A stretch of 64,000 nt of DNA from Eledone cirrhosa (taxonomy: Eukaryota). Numbering within the stretch: position 1 is the first letter of the stretch; every line of letters begins with the position of its first letter. The stretch lies in contig OZ024743.1 of NCBI GenBank assembly GCA_964016885.1, positions 354,950,001 through 355,014,000 of the forward strand, read 5' to 3'. Under the pieces are notes generated by a model that saw only the letters and a list, made by a program, of their open reading frames with translations, did not search any database and was not told the DNA's origin. The position numbers were made by a program, and so were the translations under genes. Positions 1-15,627 of this stretch are shown here, in pieces.

Positions 1-227
1 AAGTATTTCTACTTACGTAATAACTTTAGGGACAATGTAAACAGAAATCAATACGTTAGGTAGGTAAATTTATTGTATATATACATTAGTACAGGCCACT
101 TTACATCTCGTTACTCATAGTTTCATACCCGATGGCTGAAGAAAGTTGAAACCTTAGGTACAGCCTGATACATACACACACACACACACACACACATACA
201 TACAAATATACATATATGCACACACAC

Positions 228-292
<65 letters not shown>

Positions 293-1275
293 AATATGCA
301 TACAAACAAACAAAAATATATATACATACAAACATATATGTTCATACATACATAAATACATACATTCAAACACATACAAATATACAAACATGCATTCATA
401 CATATATATATATATATATATATATACATACAAACATACATACATGTATACACACATACATACATATATGCATACATACATATATATATATATATGCATA
501 CAAATATACATACATACAAACATACAAATATACATACACACATATATACATACAAACATACATGTATACATATATACATACACAGATACATACATAAATA
601 CATACAACCATACATAGATAAACACATAAAAATAAACTCAAAATTAAGAGAGAGGACATACATAACTACATAGATATATACATATATAAGCATGTATATA
701 TATGTGGAATGTATTATAACACTAAAAATATACATAAATTCTATTGTGTTTTGTTATCATTATGGCCTCTGCAGTTATCTGTAGCTGCTTACGTGAATAA
801 TATATAGAAGTATTGTGACATTTCGTTGTTAAATCTCCGACGACGTTTTCTCCTTTCACATATATTTCCCGTTCTAGTCTTTCTAATAATTCTTTGACAA
901 CAATAATTCTATTCATCTTTAAGTCAATATTGTCTAATTGGGTGATATTTCTAAAGGTTCTTCACTATGATTAATTGCCTTTAATCAGACACTATATGTC
1001 ACTTCAAATAAAAGGATTGTTATGGTGTCCATAGTAGCTCTGATATGAAACTATTTTAGTATTATTATAGTGATATGGTTAGGGCCATTATATAAAATCC
1101 TCAGCTCTATATTAAAATGTGTGTTAATATTAAAATTAAGCAATAAAAGCTTCGTAAATGGTCCATAAATAAATATTATATACTCGCAGGTGTTTACATG
1201 ATAATGTTAATAATTAAAATAGGTACAATCATTTTAGTTCATCATGTATATTCTTTGAATGCAATATATGTACGT

Positions 1276-1322
<47 letters not shown>

Positions 1323-1360
1323 TAGTAAGGTTTTTGATATGAAATCGTGTGCTGAAACAA

Positions 1361-1612
1361 ATATTGTTATATTTGGGGAAGGTCCTATTGTTATAATATA
1401 GCCAGAAATAATAAATAATAATAAAACACACTCACTGATTGGTTGTATTGGTTTTCGTCTCTATCTTTTATATCTCCATAGTTAGATATAAAATTAACCA
1501 TGGAGATATAAAAGATACAGAAGTGAAAACCAATCCAAACCAAACAGTGAGTGTTTCATTGTTAGTTCTGGCAATATTATAACATTATGATACTCCCCAA
1601 ATTTAACAATAT
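1361..1612. repeat. Imperfect fold-back inverted repeat (probable PLE pLTR remnant)
   Basis: 1361-1484 is an imperfect reverse complement of 1494-1612. It shares the motif atattgttata.ttggg with the inverted pair at 28570-28733. Confidence 0.75.
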
Positions 1613-1724
1613 ATATATATATATATATATCCAAAACTAAATTAAGGGTGTCATATCCGAGAGACATGCGCCATATCCACTGTAGAATATGCTCAAAGAT
1701 TCCAATGAATAGATCCAAGCATAT

Positions 1725-2043
1725 TATATCAACTAGGAATTGATTGACATATATATATATATATCTAAAATAAACATATGAAACAATCCCAGAGGATAAT
1801 TTGTAAAAGTGTGTAATCACACACAGCTAGGTAGGTAACTAATTAAAGTTTAACTAGAACTTTAAATATAGATACCTTTTAAAATGATTAAAAGGTATCT
1901 ATATTTAAAGTTCTAGTTAAACTTTAATTAGTTACCTACCTAGCTGTGTGTGATTACACACTTTTACAAATTATCCTCTGGGATTGTTTCATATGTTTAT
2001 TTTAGATATATATATATATGTCAATCAATTCCTAGTTGATATA
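1725..2043. repeat. Near-perfect long palindrome (~157-bp arms, 5-nt spacer)
   Basis: 1725-1882 is the reverse complement of 1888-2043 apart from one AT unit; the spacer is AATGA. Confidence 0.95.
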
Positions 2044-2269
2044 TATATATATATAGTATTAGTTATACTATTTATGGTTATGTAAATACAAAAACCTTTT
2101 GCAGTTATTTATATATATATTTTCTTATACAAACCCTAAATAGTGGTAGGCAGTAATATATTACTACCTTATTACCAGTAAGTTAAGTAGCTCAATGTAA
2201 AAACAACAGATGATTTACAGAGCAGTTATATGAAATATAAGAATAAAAGAACTGTTCAAAACATTTTTG

Positions 2270-2316
2270 TGCTTACAACTGTTTCCTCCAAACCGAGGTT
2301 TGGATTCTTCGGAGCA
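2270..2316 (-). ncRNA. Minimal type I hammerhead ribozyme (PLE-type)
   Basis: Minus strand reads UGCU-CCGAAGA-a-UCCAAACC-uc-GGUUUGGA-g-GAAAC-AGUU-GUA-AGCA. Stem I is UGCU/AGCA, stem II is 8 bp, the cleavage triplet is GUA, and the core has a U4C variant. Confidence 0.7.
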
Positions 2317-2968
2317 ATTTATTAATGAATGGACAGTTATATGATCTCCTTTTCACCCAAGAGACATACAAATACATATGCAAATATTGTGGGTCAACAT
2401 TCATTACAGCATTTAGAGTGGCAGTACACACTTAGAGATTACATTCATATTAAAAGGTACAATCAAAAATCAATATATATATATATATATATATATATGA
2501 AGAATTCGAAAGCCAGGACAATGCGAAATGGAGCAATAAAGAAACACGTCGGATGATATGTTTTTTACCTTAATTCATTTATATATCATGATATTTCGAG
2601 ATTAAAATCTTTTCTTCCGTAGAAAATAAAAGGGTCTAATCAAGTGTCCGATGAGGCGCGCCGCATAGATTAAGATAAAAACACATCTTGTTTATTCATC
2701 CATTTCGCATTGCCGTGGAATTCCAACTTTGAATTCTTTATACCACATATAATGTTTCAAGTAAACTACAAATTCCACCCATATATATATATATACATAT
2801 ATATTCGGATCTAGCTGTTGAAACGACCGGGGCTCAGCCGTCGAGGTCCCGAATTCTTCATATCACCCACTCTACTACCCAAATATCGAGTACTACGGTG
2901 AGTAATGGTCGAACTGGTTTTTACCACCTCCATTCTGATAATATATATATTTATATATATATATATAT

Positions 2969-3654
2969 AATTGGGAATCAGTAAAATAGAATCTCTGGCG
3001 GTTTGCAAGTAATTCGGTCTACTTATATGAAGTGATGGGTTAGCGAAGCACTCGATAAGATAGGTCTCAGAGTTATAACATACGTTTAAATACCTTGACA
3101 AATCGGACATTGTGGTAGGCTAAACTAACACACAATACATACCAAAGTAACGAAGAAACTAATCAGGTTGAGAAAAATAGACCTGGACAAATCAGACGAG
3201 CGTTTGAAATGTTTCTCTGACTCTGAAATCAAATATCAGACTTACTTTAGTGGCAAGTTCATGGTATTGGTGACTGAACAGAGGAATCAGTTTATCAGCA
3301 GGTTTTCGTTTTGGTTAGGATCAGGAGTGATAAAATATGTTGCTGCTCTCACGGCTGCTAATCGCATCTATATTTATCACGTGTTAATTCCGGCAAGGGA
3401 AATAACCCCTGGTTTTTGGCGGGTCATTCAAATGCTAGCAAATGGAAATATTTAAATTTCCGCTAATCATCATGATAAGCTCTCGACTAGATGTTATAAC
3501 ACTAACACAAATAATAAACCAATCAACAGAATTTTCCAATTAAATTAATTGGTTAATTATTAAATCTAGGAGATTAATATAATTGGGAATCAGTAAAATC
3601 GAATCTCTGGCGGTTTGCAAGTAATTCGGCCTACTTATATGAAGTGATGGGTTA
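2969..3654. repeat. 74-bp direct repeat bounding a 686-bp unit (pLTR-like remnant)
   Basis: 2969-3042 matches 3581-3654 with 2 mismatches; the unit is flanked by (TA)n on both sides. Confidence 0.7.
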
Positions 3655-3662
3655 TATATATG

Positions 3663-3808
<146 letters not shown>

Positions 3809-4976
3809 AAAGGATGAATATAAAATGAAAGTGCTTTTTTTAAAAAGGAATTTATTAGGTATTCACATATGTTTCTGTAACAGACGGAATACCTATGTAT
3901 CGCTGCTTGCGTAATCATATAATATTAGCAAGTATTCGATAGCAAATGTATAATCAGTTGTCACTTCTTCAGAGATTTTGGATAAATTGGATAAAATCAG
4001 AAAAATTGAAGTATTTATATTAGTAATAGAGGAAGAAAAAGAGGGGATAGTATATGACAGATGGTAAATCAATTTACTGCTAAACAAATATATAATGGGT
4101 TTCTAATGAGAATACCATGAGTAAATGGTTCATTTTATATATATATATATATATATATATGATTACTTGAATGCGTGTGGCTGGAGTTCGAAAAAAGGGC
4201 AAAGACCTATACAGTTTGCACCAGATTCAAATTACAGGCTCATTAACAAGTACACTTTGTTGGTAAGCTGGTATTTTAGAAAGGAATGTTTAAAGGTTGG
4301 ATACAATGATTCTATAGTGAAAATAGTTTAGGTTACGTTTACTAGGATATATAGTGCCATGAATTCTCGTGCGCTTCTGCAATGTTTTAAAGGAGTAAAA
4401 ATACACAAATACTTCTAATTTCAACAGCCTTACCTCACGTCTGAGATCAAGCGATAATGTTGTTTTTGTTATTCTTTATCACCAATTGGGCTGTGACAGA
4501 GTTGAATTAGCTTGAACAATGTGTTGCGTAACTTTATTAGACAAGGTGTACTTCATTTCTAAAAAAAGGTAAAGGATTTGATCTATAAAGATTTTAAGCT
4601 ATTTTTTTCGTAGAATATGTTTTAATGATGTCCAACATGAAGCACACAGTATATCATATGATTCTAGTGGGTTTACAATGGCGTGATGTATCTAATGTTA
4701 CTCACCCTTCACCTTTAATGTTCATATAGGATAAAACCTGATATTGCAGAGGAAAATACGAAATCACAACCTAAACATTGCTGGAATAAGTAATCTCGTA
4801 AATATCAACTCGTATATCTCACATCCAGGTATTTATGTATGTATGTATGCATGTATGTGTGTGAATATATGTATACATGTATACATACATTCACACACAA
4901 ACACTCATGCACACACGCACAGACATATATTCAATTCATATATTACATATGTATGAGTATGTGACTGTATTTGCAT

Positions 4977-5051
<75 letters not shown>

Positions 5052-5128
5052 CATATACATACATATGTATATTAATATATATGATACACATATACATATA
5101 TCAATATATACACATATATATGTGTGTA

Positions 5129-5209
<81 letters not shown>

Positions 5210-5227
5210 GTATGTATATATATATGT

Positions 5228-5280
<53 letters not shown>

Positions 5281-5671
5281 TAAACATCCATGCACCCACA
5301 GACACATGCAAACACACACACACACACACACACACAGGTACATGTGTGTTTGCGTGCATATGTATGTATGTATGTATGCGTACATATACATATATATATC
5401 TATGTCAGCAGGCTGTAACTGATATCATACTTTACTGATGGGGCCTATAAATAAAGGAATAGAAAAACTTATAAATTTATACTTTTAATTACGATATGGA
5501 AAAATTGATAGAGATATGTAATCTATCTTACTGTGCCTCCATTTATCTGTTTGTCCTTCTTTCTTTCTCTTTCGCTCTGTCTACCTATGTATCTATATAC
5601 CTATCAATCCCTCTCTTTTACTCTCTTTCACTCAGTCACACTCTTTATATACATACATATGCATATATATA

Positions 5672-5753
<82 letters not shown>

Positions 5754-5857
5754 ATATACATATATATATATATATATATACATATATATAGAAGCAAATT
5801 ATAAACGTAAACATCTAAGTATGTTTTTGAAACGGTGTATGTATATATATATATATG

Positions 5858-5921
<64 letters not shown>

Positions 5922-5933
5922 TATATATATATG

Positions 5934-5990
<57 letters not shown>

Positions 5991-6028
5991 AAATCTAAAT
6001 CAGTTACATAACAATGCATATAAGTATG

Positions 6029-6105
<77 letters not shown>

Positions 6106-6304
6106 TGATTGTGTGTGTGTGTGTATGCGTATATGTGTCTGTCTGTCCGTCTGTGTATGTATTCATATATATATAATATATTATTCGCACAAACACAAGA
6201 CCAAACGTGCACGCACACAAACACACCCACATGCTCATACACACACAGACACACACATATGTATATATATATATATATATAAATATATATATATCTGTAT
6301 CTAA

Positions 6305-6380
<76 letters not shown>

Positions 6381-6555
6381 TATATATAGTTTTAATCTCA
6401 TTCTGTTTATAAGAGAGTTTCATCATCATTATCTACATATTTTATCATTTATGACACTAACACACAGACACTCTCACATACACACACACTGATTCACTAA
6501 CATAGACACATACTCCATCACGCACACACACAATCAAACACACACAGACACGCAC

Positions 6556-6683
<128 letters not shown>

Positions 6684-7037
6684 TGTATAATTTACACGTA
6701 GATTCAGAAAGCTGCATGTAGACACAAACACGGGTTAACGTACATATATGAGACAAACACGCGCTCTCACACATATATTCATCCATCTAGATAGACTAAA
6801 ATACACAAAACCACATAACATATTTATGTATTAGACATATGAAATCTGTATACATTAATAGTTCGTATTTCTAGTATTTATGAAATATGAATAAATACTG
6901 TATATGAAAAGAAAATATAAACGTTAAAAAAATCAAAATGGAAGATGTATAAACACAAAAATCAACAAAACTCGGATAAACATACTCTTATTTTTATATT
7001 AACGGCGCTGACAGCTGATATGGATGTTACAATATAA

Positions 7038-7076
<39 letters not shown>

Positions 7077-7282
7077 AGACACACGTATGTATGTATGTAT
7101 GTATGTATGTATGTATGTATGTATGTATGTATGTATGTATGTATGTATGTATGTATGCATGTATGTATGTATTTATATATGTATATATATATATGAATGT
7201 ATGTATATAAATATATATATGTATATTTATATATGTATATATAAATATGTTTATATGGATGTATGTATATATATATATAGGA

Positions 7283-7328
<46 letters not shown>

Positions 7329-7351
7329 ATGTATATATGTATATATGTATA

Positions 7352-7399
<48 letters not shown>

Positions 7400-7473
7400 T
7401 AATTATATATATGTATATATTTATATATATACATATATATTCATGTGTATATACATATACATATATATATATA

Positions 7474-7508
<35 letters not shown>

Positions 7509-7512
7509 TTAC

Positions 7513-7545
<33 letters not shown>

Positions 7546-7796
7546 AATATATATATGTATATAAATATATATATGTATATTTATATATATATGTGTGTGT
7601 GTGTGTGTGCGCGTGTGTGTTTGCCTCTGTGTGTGTGTCCGTTCAATTATTTACCTTTGTTGATGTGAAGATAAATAAATGTATATCCGTAGATATAAAT
7701 GTATTCATAAATAGGTACATAGAATAGATGTGAATATTTAATCCAAGTTACAGAAACACGCACGCGCGTGCTCGCGTACATATATATATATATATT

Positions 7797-7842
<46 letters not shown>

Positions 7843-7866
7843 TAAACATATATATATATGTGTATA

Positions 7867-7947
<81 letters not shown>

Positions 7948-8099
7948 TACACATATATATATATATGTGTATATATATATATATATATATTTCTTTTCTG
8001 TATGTATATATATATACGTATGTTTGTGTGGGTGCCTGTTCGTACTGAAAATATTAATATTTATGTATTTACATGTAAATTTCAATAAACGGTAAGGTG

Positions 8100-8163
<64 letters not shown>

Positions 8164-8193
8164 CATACATATGTGTGTGTGTGTGTGTTTCTG

Positions 8194-8295
<102 letters not shown>

Positions 8296-8353
8296 CATAT
8301 ATATATACACATATATATATATGTGTATATATATATATATATACACATATATA

Positions 8354-8416
<63 letters not shown>

Positions 8417-8599
8417 AAATATGAACCTAAATATTTATACACTGACGCACACACGCAGACATATATATTTATACATGAAAGCACGCCCACTCTCTCACAA
8501 AGATAGGAACAATCATACACGCTTATATATATATATATGTATGTATGTATCGCCCTCTCCCTCTCTCTCTATTCATGTATATATATATATATTATATAT

Positions 8600-8701
<102 letters not shown>

Positions 8702-8712
8702 TTAGACAGAGG

Positions 8713-8761
<49 letters not shown>

Positions 8762-8770
8762 AGAGAGAGA

Positions 8771-8843
<73 letters not shown>

Positions 8844-9460
8844 AAAAACAAGTGCAAAAAGAAAGAAACATGGTCAGAAAGATTAAATTATAAAAAGAAA
8901 GAGCGAGAAAAAGAGTATGTAAAATGCTCTTAGGAAAAAGGTATTTAGAGAATCCATAATTTATAGCACTTATACACTTCCATAATTTTTCCTCAGTGAC
9001 GAATTCCGAAAGACAACATGAAAAGAAATTTATTACATATATAATTTTTTTTCTTTCTGGTGGTCGGAAAATGGAGAAGATGGAGTTAGCGAGCTAGGAG
9101 TTGGGTAGGATGATGATGCAAGAGAAGGGTGGGATATGATAAACTAATAAACATACATGCAAAGAGCAGCAGCAGCAACATCATCAGCAGAAACAACAAC
9201 AACATCGACAACAACAACAACAACAACAATAACATCAATAATCACACCAGCAACAACTACAACACCACCAACAAACAACATGAACAGCAGCAAGAACATT
9301 TACATACAAATGTCTACGTATTTGTTTTATTTAAATTGAGTGCCTATTTCAAAAATTAATATATGCATCTTGATGTTTCTGTTTTTGATTATGAGTCCAC
9401 ATGTGTACGTGTGTACATATGAGAATATATGTATATCAGCAGGTGCATATCTATCTATCT

Positions 9461-9502
<42 letters not shown>

Positions 9503-9734
9503 AAAAATATCTCTCTCTCTCTCTCTCTCTCTCACTATATATATATAAATATCAAATTATGCTTTTTTTAAACGTTACGTATGAACAAATATTGAATTAT
9601 TATAATTTTGTGTAAAGTATATATGCTTTTATATAAACATACACGCACACCCACAGACTTGCACACATGATATAAATGTATATATTATGTATATATGTAT
9701 ACTAGATATATACAGATGAAGTTCATATATCTAA

Positions 9735-11050
9735 GTATGAAAATATTTCGACACATCATCAGTGTTGTATCATGAAGTCATTGGGTTTATCGGGTGACCC
9801 GACCGTGGTGTTCAAGTGGCATGCTACTGTTCCCACCTCTCTCCTTTTTTTTTACGCCAGACACTGTCGAGGCCCTATGGCTTGGTTCCGCGTTTTTCTT
9901 TTTTATGGTACTTCTGTTCGTCTCCAAAATGCTTAGGGTGGTATATGACTTATAAGGGAAACGACTTGCAAATCTTCGACTGGCCAGCTCCACTAGTCTT
10001 CAACAACTCCTGGTCATTTTCTTTCTTGCACCACTTGCATCATTTTCTTCCAGGAAAATCTTAACTTTAGTAAAACGTGACAAACAGAAGGAGGCTTTTT
10101 CCCTTTGTATGGATGTATTTCATAAAACGGAAAATGTTTCGCATGGAATTAGGTCAGGTACAGTTTCCGTGCATGTTGGATCAGAAACTTTTCAATGGAA
10201 TTCAGCTTGTGGCTTCTGTTATTTACAGACCTTAAGATATTATACCGTTTGTTTCTTTCTTCCAATGTCCATAGCTGGTTCGCCAACACCATAGAGGTTT
10301 TCCTATCTACATACTTTAAAAAAGTAGTTGTGTGTGTAGTTTCTAAGCTTAAGCTTGACCAGTATAACATTTTCTGGGCACTGGTTTGTTTCGCGTGGCT
10401 GTGGTGATTTCAATCTCAAATTAGACCGACTTCATATTAGATGTTATAAAAGATATAAAATTAGCTTAACAGTATGTCGACCGAAGATTTTACAGTATCG
10501 GTGTTGTAGTGTAAAATGTGCCAAGGTTATTATCACACATTAGTTGATGAAATGTTTACATTTCTTAAATAGTTTTCAAATAAGGGTTTTTGGAACGTGG
10601 ACTGACGAGAACTGGCCGTCCATCCCAGTGTTTTCGACATTTCTATATTTTTAAAATGTTTTCTTATGATTAGTTTGATTTATCCTGAATTCTTTTGTTA
10701 GTGGAACGGGAAGAGGTGCTACAAAGTGTGGTCGTGTCATCGAAGACATACTATCTCACTCACAATAAGGCAATAATTTTCGAATACACTAAAACGAATT
10801 GTACAAGTATTAAACAAAATTCTCCCCCCCCCCAAAAAAAAAACAAGAAAATATGTCAATGAAACAGACACACTAAAAAAGAGAGACAATTATAATTTGA
10901 TTTCGAAAACGCAAATTCGCACGTAAAACAATATTAGCAGCAACACAAAATTGTACGATATTAACAAAAACATCTTTGCTAGTAAGTGCCAAAGAAAGTG
11001 TGTCTACTCCTCTGAAAAATTTATTCAGAAACGAGCAAGGAAGGTGATAT
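9735..11050 (-). pseudogene. Highly decayed piggyBac-like transposase remnant
   Basis: Scattered frameshifted minus-strand motifs in the expected order: T.FFG..SK..F (~10990), KYVDRK..M (~10300), SHIPP (~9945), and a terminal C.EIFHT-like end (~9745). Recognised by eye only. Confidence 0.4.
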
Positions 11051-11424
11051 ATTTGTATTAAAAAAACACAACGGCCATAGTGGAGTTTGATATGTTCCCA
11101 ACCGAATATGTAACGTAGTCCCTAAAAGATGTATCACTATGTGTGCTTCATTGATAGAGGTTGGTTACAAGGAAGTGTGTGCTTGGTCTTTCTTCAAATC
11201 TGAGCGCGAGGTGATACTAGATGGTGTCACAATAGATTAAAGGACATAATGCGAGGGTCACATCAAAGGAACATAGATGATGACGTTCGTTCTTAGTATT
11301 TATCAACAATACGGTCAGGTGGAGATCGCTGATGTTTTATGAACTCACACGTAATCGGGTTCGGTTTCCCTAAGCATGCAAGTTCTGATAACCCGTTGGT
11401 ACCTTGATTCCTTTGCTTCTCTTC

Positions 11425-12420
11425 AATTTACCTTTCCTCATTTCTAGGACTCCACACTTATTAACATGAAATGCCATATCATTGTTGGAAATATGAATAG
11501 TTTTAACAAGTACGTTCAACTCCTTCTCACTCTTCAAGAATGAAGAACCATGTCAAATGCGATTTTGAAATCAATCCATCCCATAGCAATACGAGTGTGT
11601 CTCCTCTTGCTTATTATCATATTGTCAATAAGTAAAAGGTCCGTTGTATCACGGGACTTCATTCGGCATCCTTTCTATTCCTCTTGTTTATGTCGAGGTG
11701 ATTGTAGATTTCAACAGACATAATGCTTGTTAGCAATTTGGACATCAATGAATGGCATGTGATAGGCTTATAGTTGGTAACGTAATTTCCCTTGGCTTAT
11801 TACAACTGGGTCCTTCCTTATTAGAACTGGTTCCTATTGTCAACCACTGCTGTACTTCACCCAACACTAAGCAGTCATTGAACATGACCATCAGTATCGG
11901 GAGGAGAGAAGTTATATTTTTAGTCCAACATCCTTGCACGCCATCCGGGCCTAGTGATTTTCAGTTGGTTAATTTTTTGGCTTGCTTTTTAAGGGTTTCA
12001 ACCAAGATACTCGAATTATTGGTTTTCTTGTTCATTAACCTCCTTTTTAACAGTCTCAATCCACTCTTCCCGACTATTATGCTCAACATCCTTCTCCCCG
12101 ATTCCTCTCCAAAATGTGTTGGTCTGTTCAGGAATAGCATCTTTGCGGCTTTCTGTCCCTCAAGCTGTTCAAATAACATCTTCTGGTTGTTGTCGAACAT
12201 GCAGTTTTGTCTATACTGTCATATCTTTTTTATGTTTTGCACTTTTGGCTATGACACGTTGTTTTAGTTCCTACATTATAACATTTAGCCATTTTACCTT
12301 TGTGTTGTATTTCTTTGTCAATCTATCCTTAGTATCTTTTCCCATATAATAAAGTCCCAAGTTTCCCGATGTCCTTTCTTATTTCCTTGATTTGACCATT
12401 CAACCGCTTCTTCTGCCAAG
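11425..12420 (-). pseudogene. Decayed R4/Dong-clade RT fragment related to the 54020-57412 element
   Basis: MFDNNQKMLFEQLEG, ETLKKQAKKLTN, QGCWTKNITSLLP..MFNDCLVLGEV and [18 protein letters not shown] match the intact ORF. It carries internal deletions. Confidence 0.9.
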
Positions 12421-12459
12421 GTACTGCTTTCTCTTGTTTTGGTGGTCCTGGAGTTGAGC

Positions 12460-14795
12460 AATAGTGGAGGTTGTGTCTTGGACTGTTGGCCACTACGCTC
12501 CGCTTGAGCTGGACGGCCGAATTTGTTCAGGCGTCTTGAAGCCTTTCTAGAAACGTCTTGCACTTTACTGTTAGCGGGGCAAAGGAACGGCATCTTAGAT
12601 ACACACTGGAATAGTGTGGGAGTAGCTGTTAGAGGTGGGGGCTGCAAAAGCCTCAAGAAACTGATCGGGCTTACAGAGGTTTTCATTTAAGTTAGCAGAT
12701 AAAGATAGCATAGGGTGACCACAGTTTCAAATAGTCGCCTATTCACACCACAAATTCGTGATCTGCATGGTCAACCTAGTAGAACTTGTAGACATATATC
12801 CAGGAACAAAAGCTGTACAATGGGCTCGAGTGTGAGGTGCTGCGTCGCTACAAAGTTACAATTCGATCTTTGGAGGACCGAGACGGGCGCATGCTGCTCA
12901 ATTCTAAGCAGATGTGTGCGGCAATTCGCCAGCACTGTTTTGAATGAGCAGTATATCGGAGACCATAGTGGGCTACAGTTCATACCTCAACGGCCTGCCG
13001 TGATCCTCGGTGAAGGATGCGAAGTGCTGTGAAAAGGCAATAACTATGAGTTTTACGTAGGCGTGCCAGACTTCACCGATGTCTCATAGCTTTCTGTTGC
13101 AAGAGGCAGCAGAACGGGAGAATTCCCAGGTCTGAGTCGGGGAGTAGTAATATTGGTCAGGAAAGACGAGAACAAGGTGGAGGTTATCAATAATTTCCGC
13201 TCCATAATTCTGCTTAACTCAGATTAATATTTTGGCGAAGGTGCTAGCAACGTGGTTGGCGCTTCTCGTCAGAAATCTGGTAAAGGAGGGCAAGACGTAT
13301 ACAATTCCTTGGAATTCGAAGTGGTCGGCAAATACTTAGAGTAATATGAAAGATTAACGGGAGCAAAGATCAATCCGGAAAAGTCGGTGGGTCTGAAGGT
13401 CGACAACTAGAGAGCAAATGCATGCCATTTAACTGCGCCGCCGAAAGCTGGATGGAGGGACCAGTGAAGTTACTTGGGGTCTGGTTTGGGCCAGACATGC
13501 TAGTGAATAAGAACTGGGACCAAGTAACGAGCAGGTTGGTCACTCTCCCCCAGAAATGGCCCAAAAAGAAGCAATACCTGAGAGGTCATGAAATCGTACA
13601 TCGTATCCGACATCTACTACGCCTAGCCGTCGTGCCTTACCATTCTTTACGCCTCACCAAATTGGAACGCCTGCTCTTCAACGTCTTTTAGAAGGGACAT
13701 ATACCAGGCGGTCATTCGACTGGCAACATCCTATATGTGGTGGGCAAGGCATGCCTAATCTGATGATGAGCAAACATGCACTGAGGCTACGGGTTCTCCA
13801 GATATTTCTAAATGGTGAACAAGTGTGGTCGCCGTTTGTGAGGTAGGCTTTACCGCAGCTCACCACTTTGACAGAGATGCAGTTGTGGATCACGTGAAGA
13901 ATGTGAGTAGGTGTCTGGCATCTACAATGTTGTGAGGCGCTCACAGCGCTCTGTCAGGCGGGTAATGCAGTTAGTGGAAATTCCACTCTAGTAAGCAATA
14001 GAGGATTAGTGGCGGACAAGTCTAACAACTTTCTTGGAGAAAAACTGGGCGTCGACGAATCAAACTGACAAGTCTGTTCCGGAGAAATATCGGGGAACAT
14101 GGACAATTTCCAGAAATTCCTGGCTTGGAAGTGTTACCGCCAAATCGAAACTAACTCTTCAGGCACTGAAGTGCTGTCAAACAGACCTGTCCGAGGTGCC
14201 TGAAGAGCGATGAAACTGTTCTGTATTCACTCTTTACTCGTTTGGTGTCTGAGTATTGCTGACTAGTGGAGACGTGTATGACGGATCTAGTTATTGATCA
14301 GGTCCATCGTAAAAGTTACCCCGACGCCTTCATTTAGTCTGGAAGGGAGGGAGTTTTCTTTTGTCTGGTGGCTGTGGTGAAAGAGGTTGTGTGGTGGCCG
14401 CGACTGAAAAAACCGAAGACAGACACTTTTTCTTCGGTCAAGCCCTCATCAACTTTTTCAAGTTCCACTTGGAAAGGAAGGTGGGTGAGGAGAGGGAAAT
14501 GCTACCCCCAGAACATTTGTTAAACAGTGGGTAAATATAGTGAGGATAGTCCGAGTGAATAGGCTTAACCTGACCTTACGCTTATATGCTGGAGTGTTTA
14601 GAGATGAGACGGGCTCCTTCCGATGGTGCTCTTGCAGATTACGCTGGTTTAGGATCTGAGGGGCTCCTTTGTTTCCATGAGTAGTACGCCTCTTATTGGG
14701 AAATTTTATTGTTATTAATTTATTAATTTTTCTCCGTTTTTTTGTATTATCCTCCCTGTTTCAGCCCCAGTGGCCAATAAAGAAATAACAATAAT
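12460..14795 (+). pseudogene. Decayed Tx1-clade ORF2 plus 3' UTR (old relative of the tandem elements)
   Basis: AGRP..FRRLE.FLETS (APE), NFR..ILLN (RT), GPVKLLGVWFGPDM..KNWDQVTSR, DNFQK.LAW.CY, and a 3' UTR with tattgggaaattt and AATAAA near 14777. Many stops and deletions. Confidence 0.9.
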
Positions 14796-15466
14796 TATTT
14801 ATGAAGGGTGTGTTAGAACATGACAGTGTTGCCATTTAATTTTGTCGATATAATTGTACATTCTGTAAATAATGAAGGGTTAGTGCCAGAAGGGAAGAGG
14901 AAGACAGCAATATAAAGAGAGTGAGAGAGAGAGAGGGAGAGAGGGAGAGAGATAAAGAGAAAGTGAGTGAGAGTGAGAGAGACTGAGAGAGGGAAAGCAG
15001 TAGAATTGTCTAGAACAATAGCCACAGATTGTGTATTATACAACAAAATTTGAGTAAATTTCCAAATCAAAAAACACCGAGAGCAAAAATCAGAAATTTT
15101 ATGAACAAGAAAATAGATATTATGTATCTAAAGTTTGAATATAAAATATTGAAAAAAAAAAAGATCTAACACACACACACACACACGCAGACACACGCAG
15201 ACACACACACACAAATATATATATATATATATATAATGGCTTTGATATATAGTAGAACGCAATAATAGTAATAATAATAGTAATAAAAATGTGTTCTTTA
15301 ATTGAATGGAAGGCACACAAAAAATAATAAATAAGCAAGCAAACCTGTATAAGCAATATTAAAAGATATTGTTATAAAATGTAAATTGATACAAAACGAG
15401 ATTGACAGGACGACAGAAATGGGTTTGCATGAAATTGCGCGTGTGGGTGTGTGGGTGTGCGTGTGT

Positions 15467-15562
<96 letters not shown>

Positions 15563-15572
15563 ATTTTGCGTG

Positions 15573-15627
<55 letters not shown>

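Noticed and set aside
131-170. CTGAAGA-aagtt-GAAACC-tta-GGTA hammerhead-like core, or a mariner-like end
   Set aside because: No viable stem I or II, and no partner TIR in the window.
2501-2740. Degenerate inverted repeat with partial hammerhead-like words (ccgatga-ggcgcgcc; gaaacacgtc)
   Set aside because: The halves are not in a foldable order; at most a decayed pLTR.
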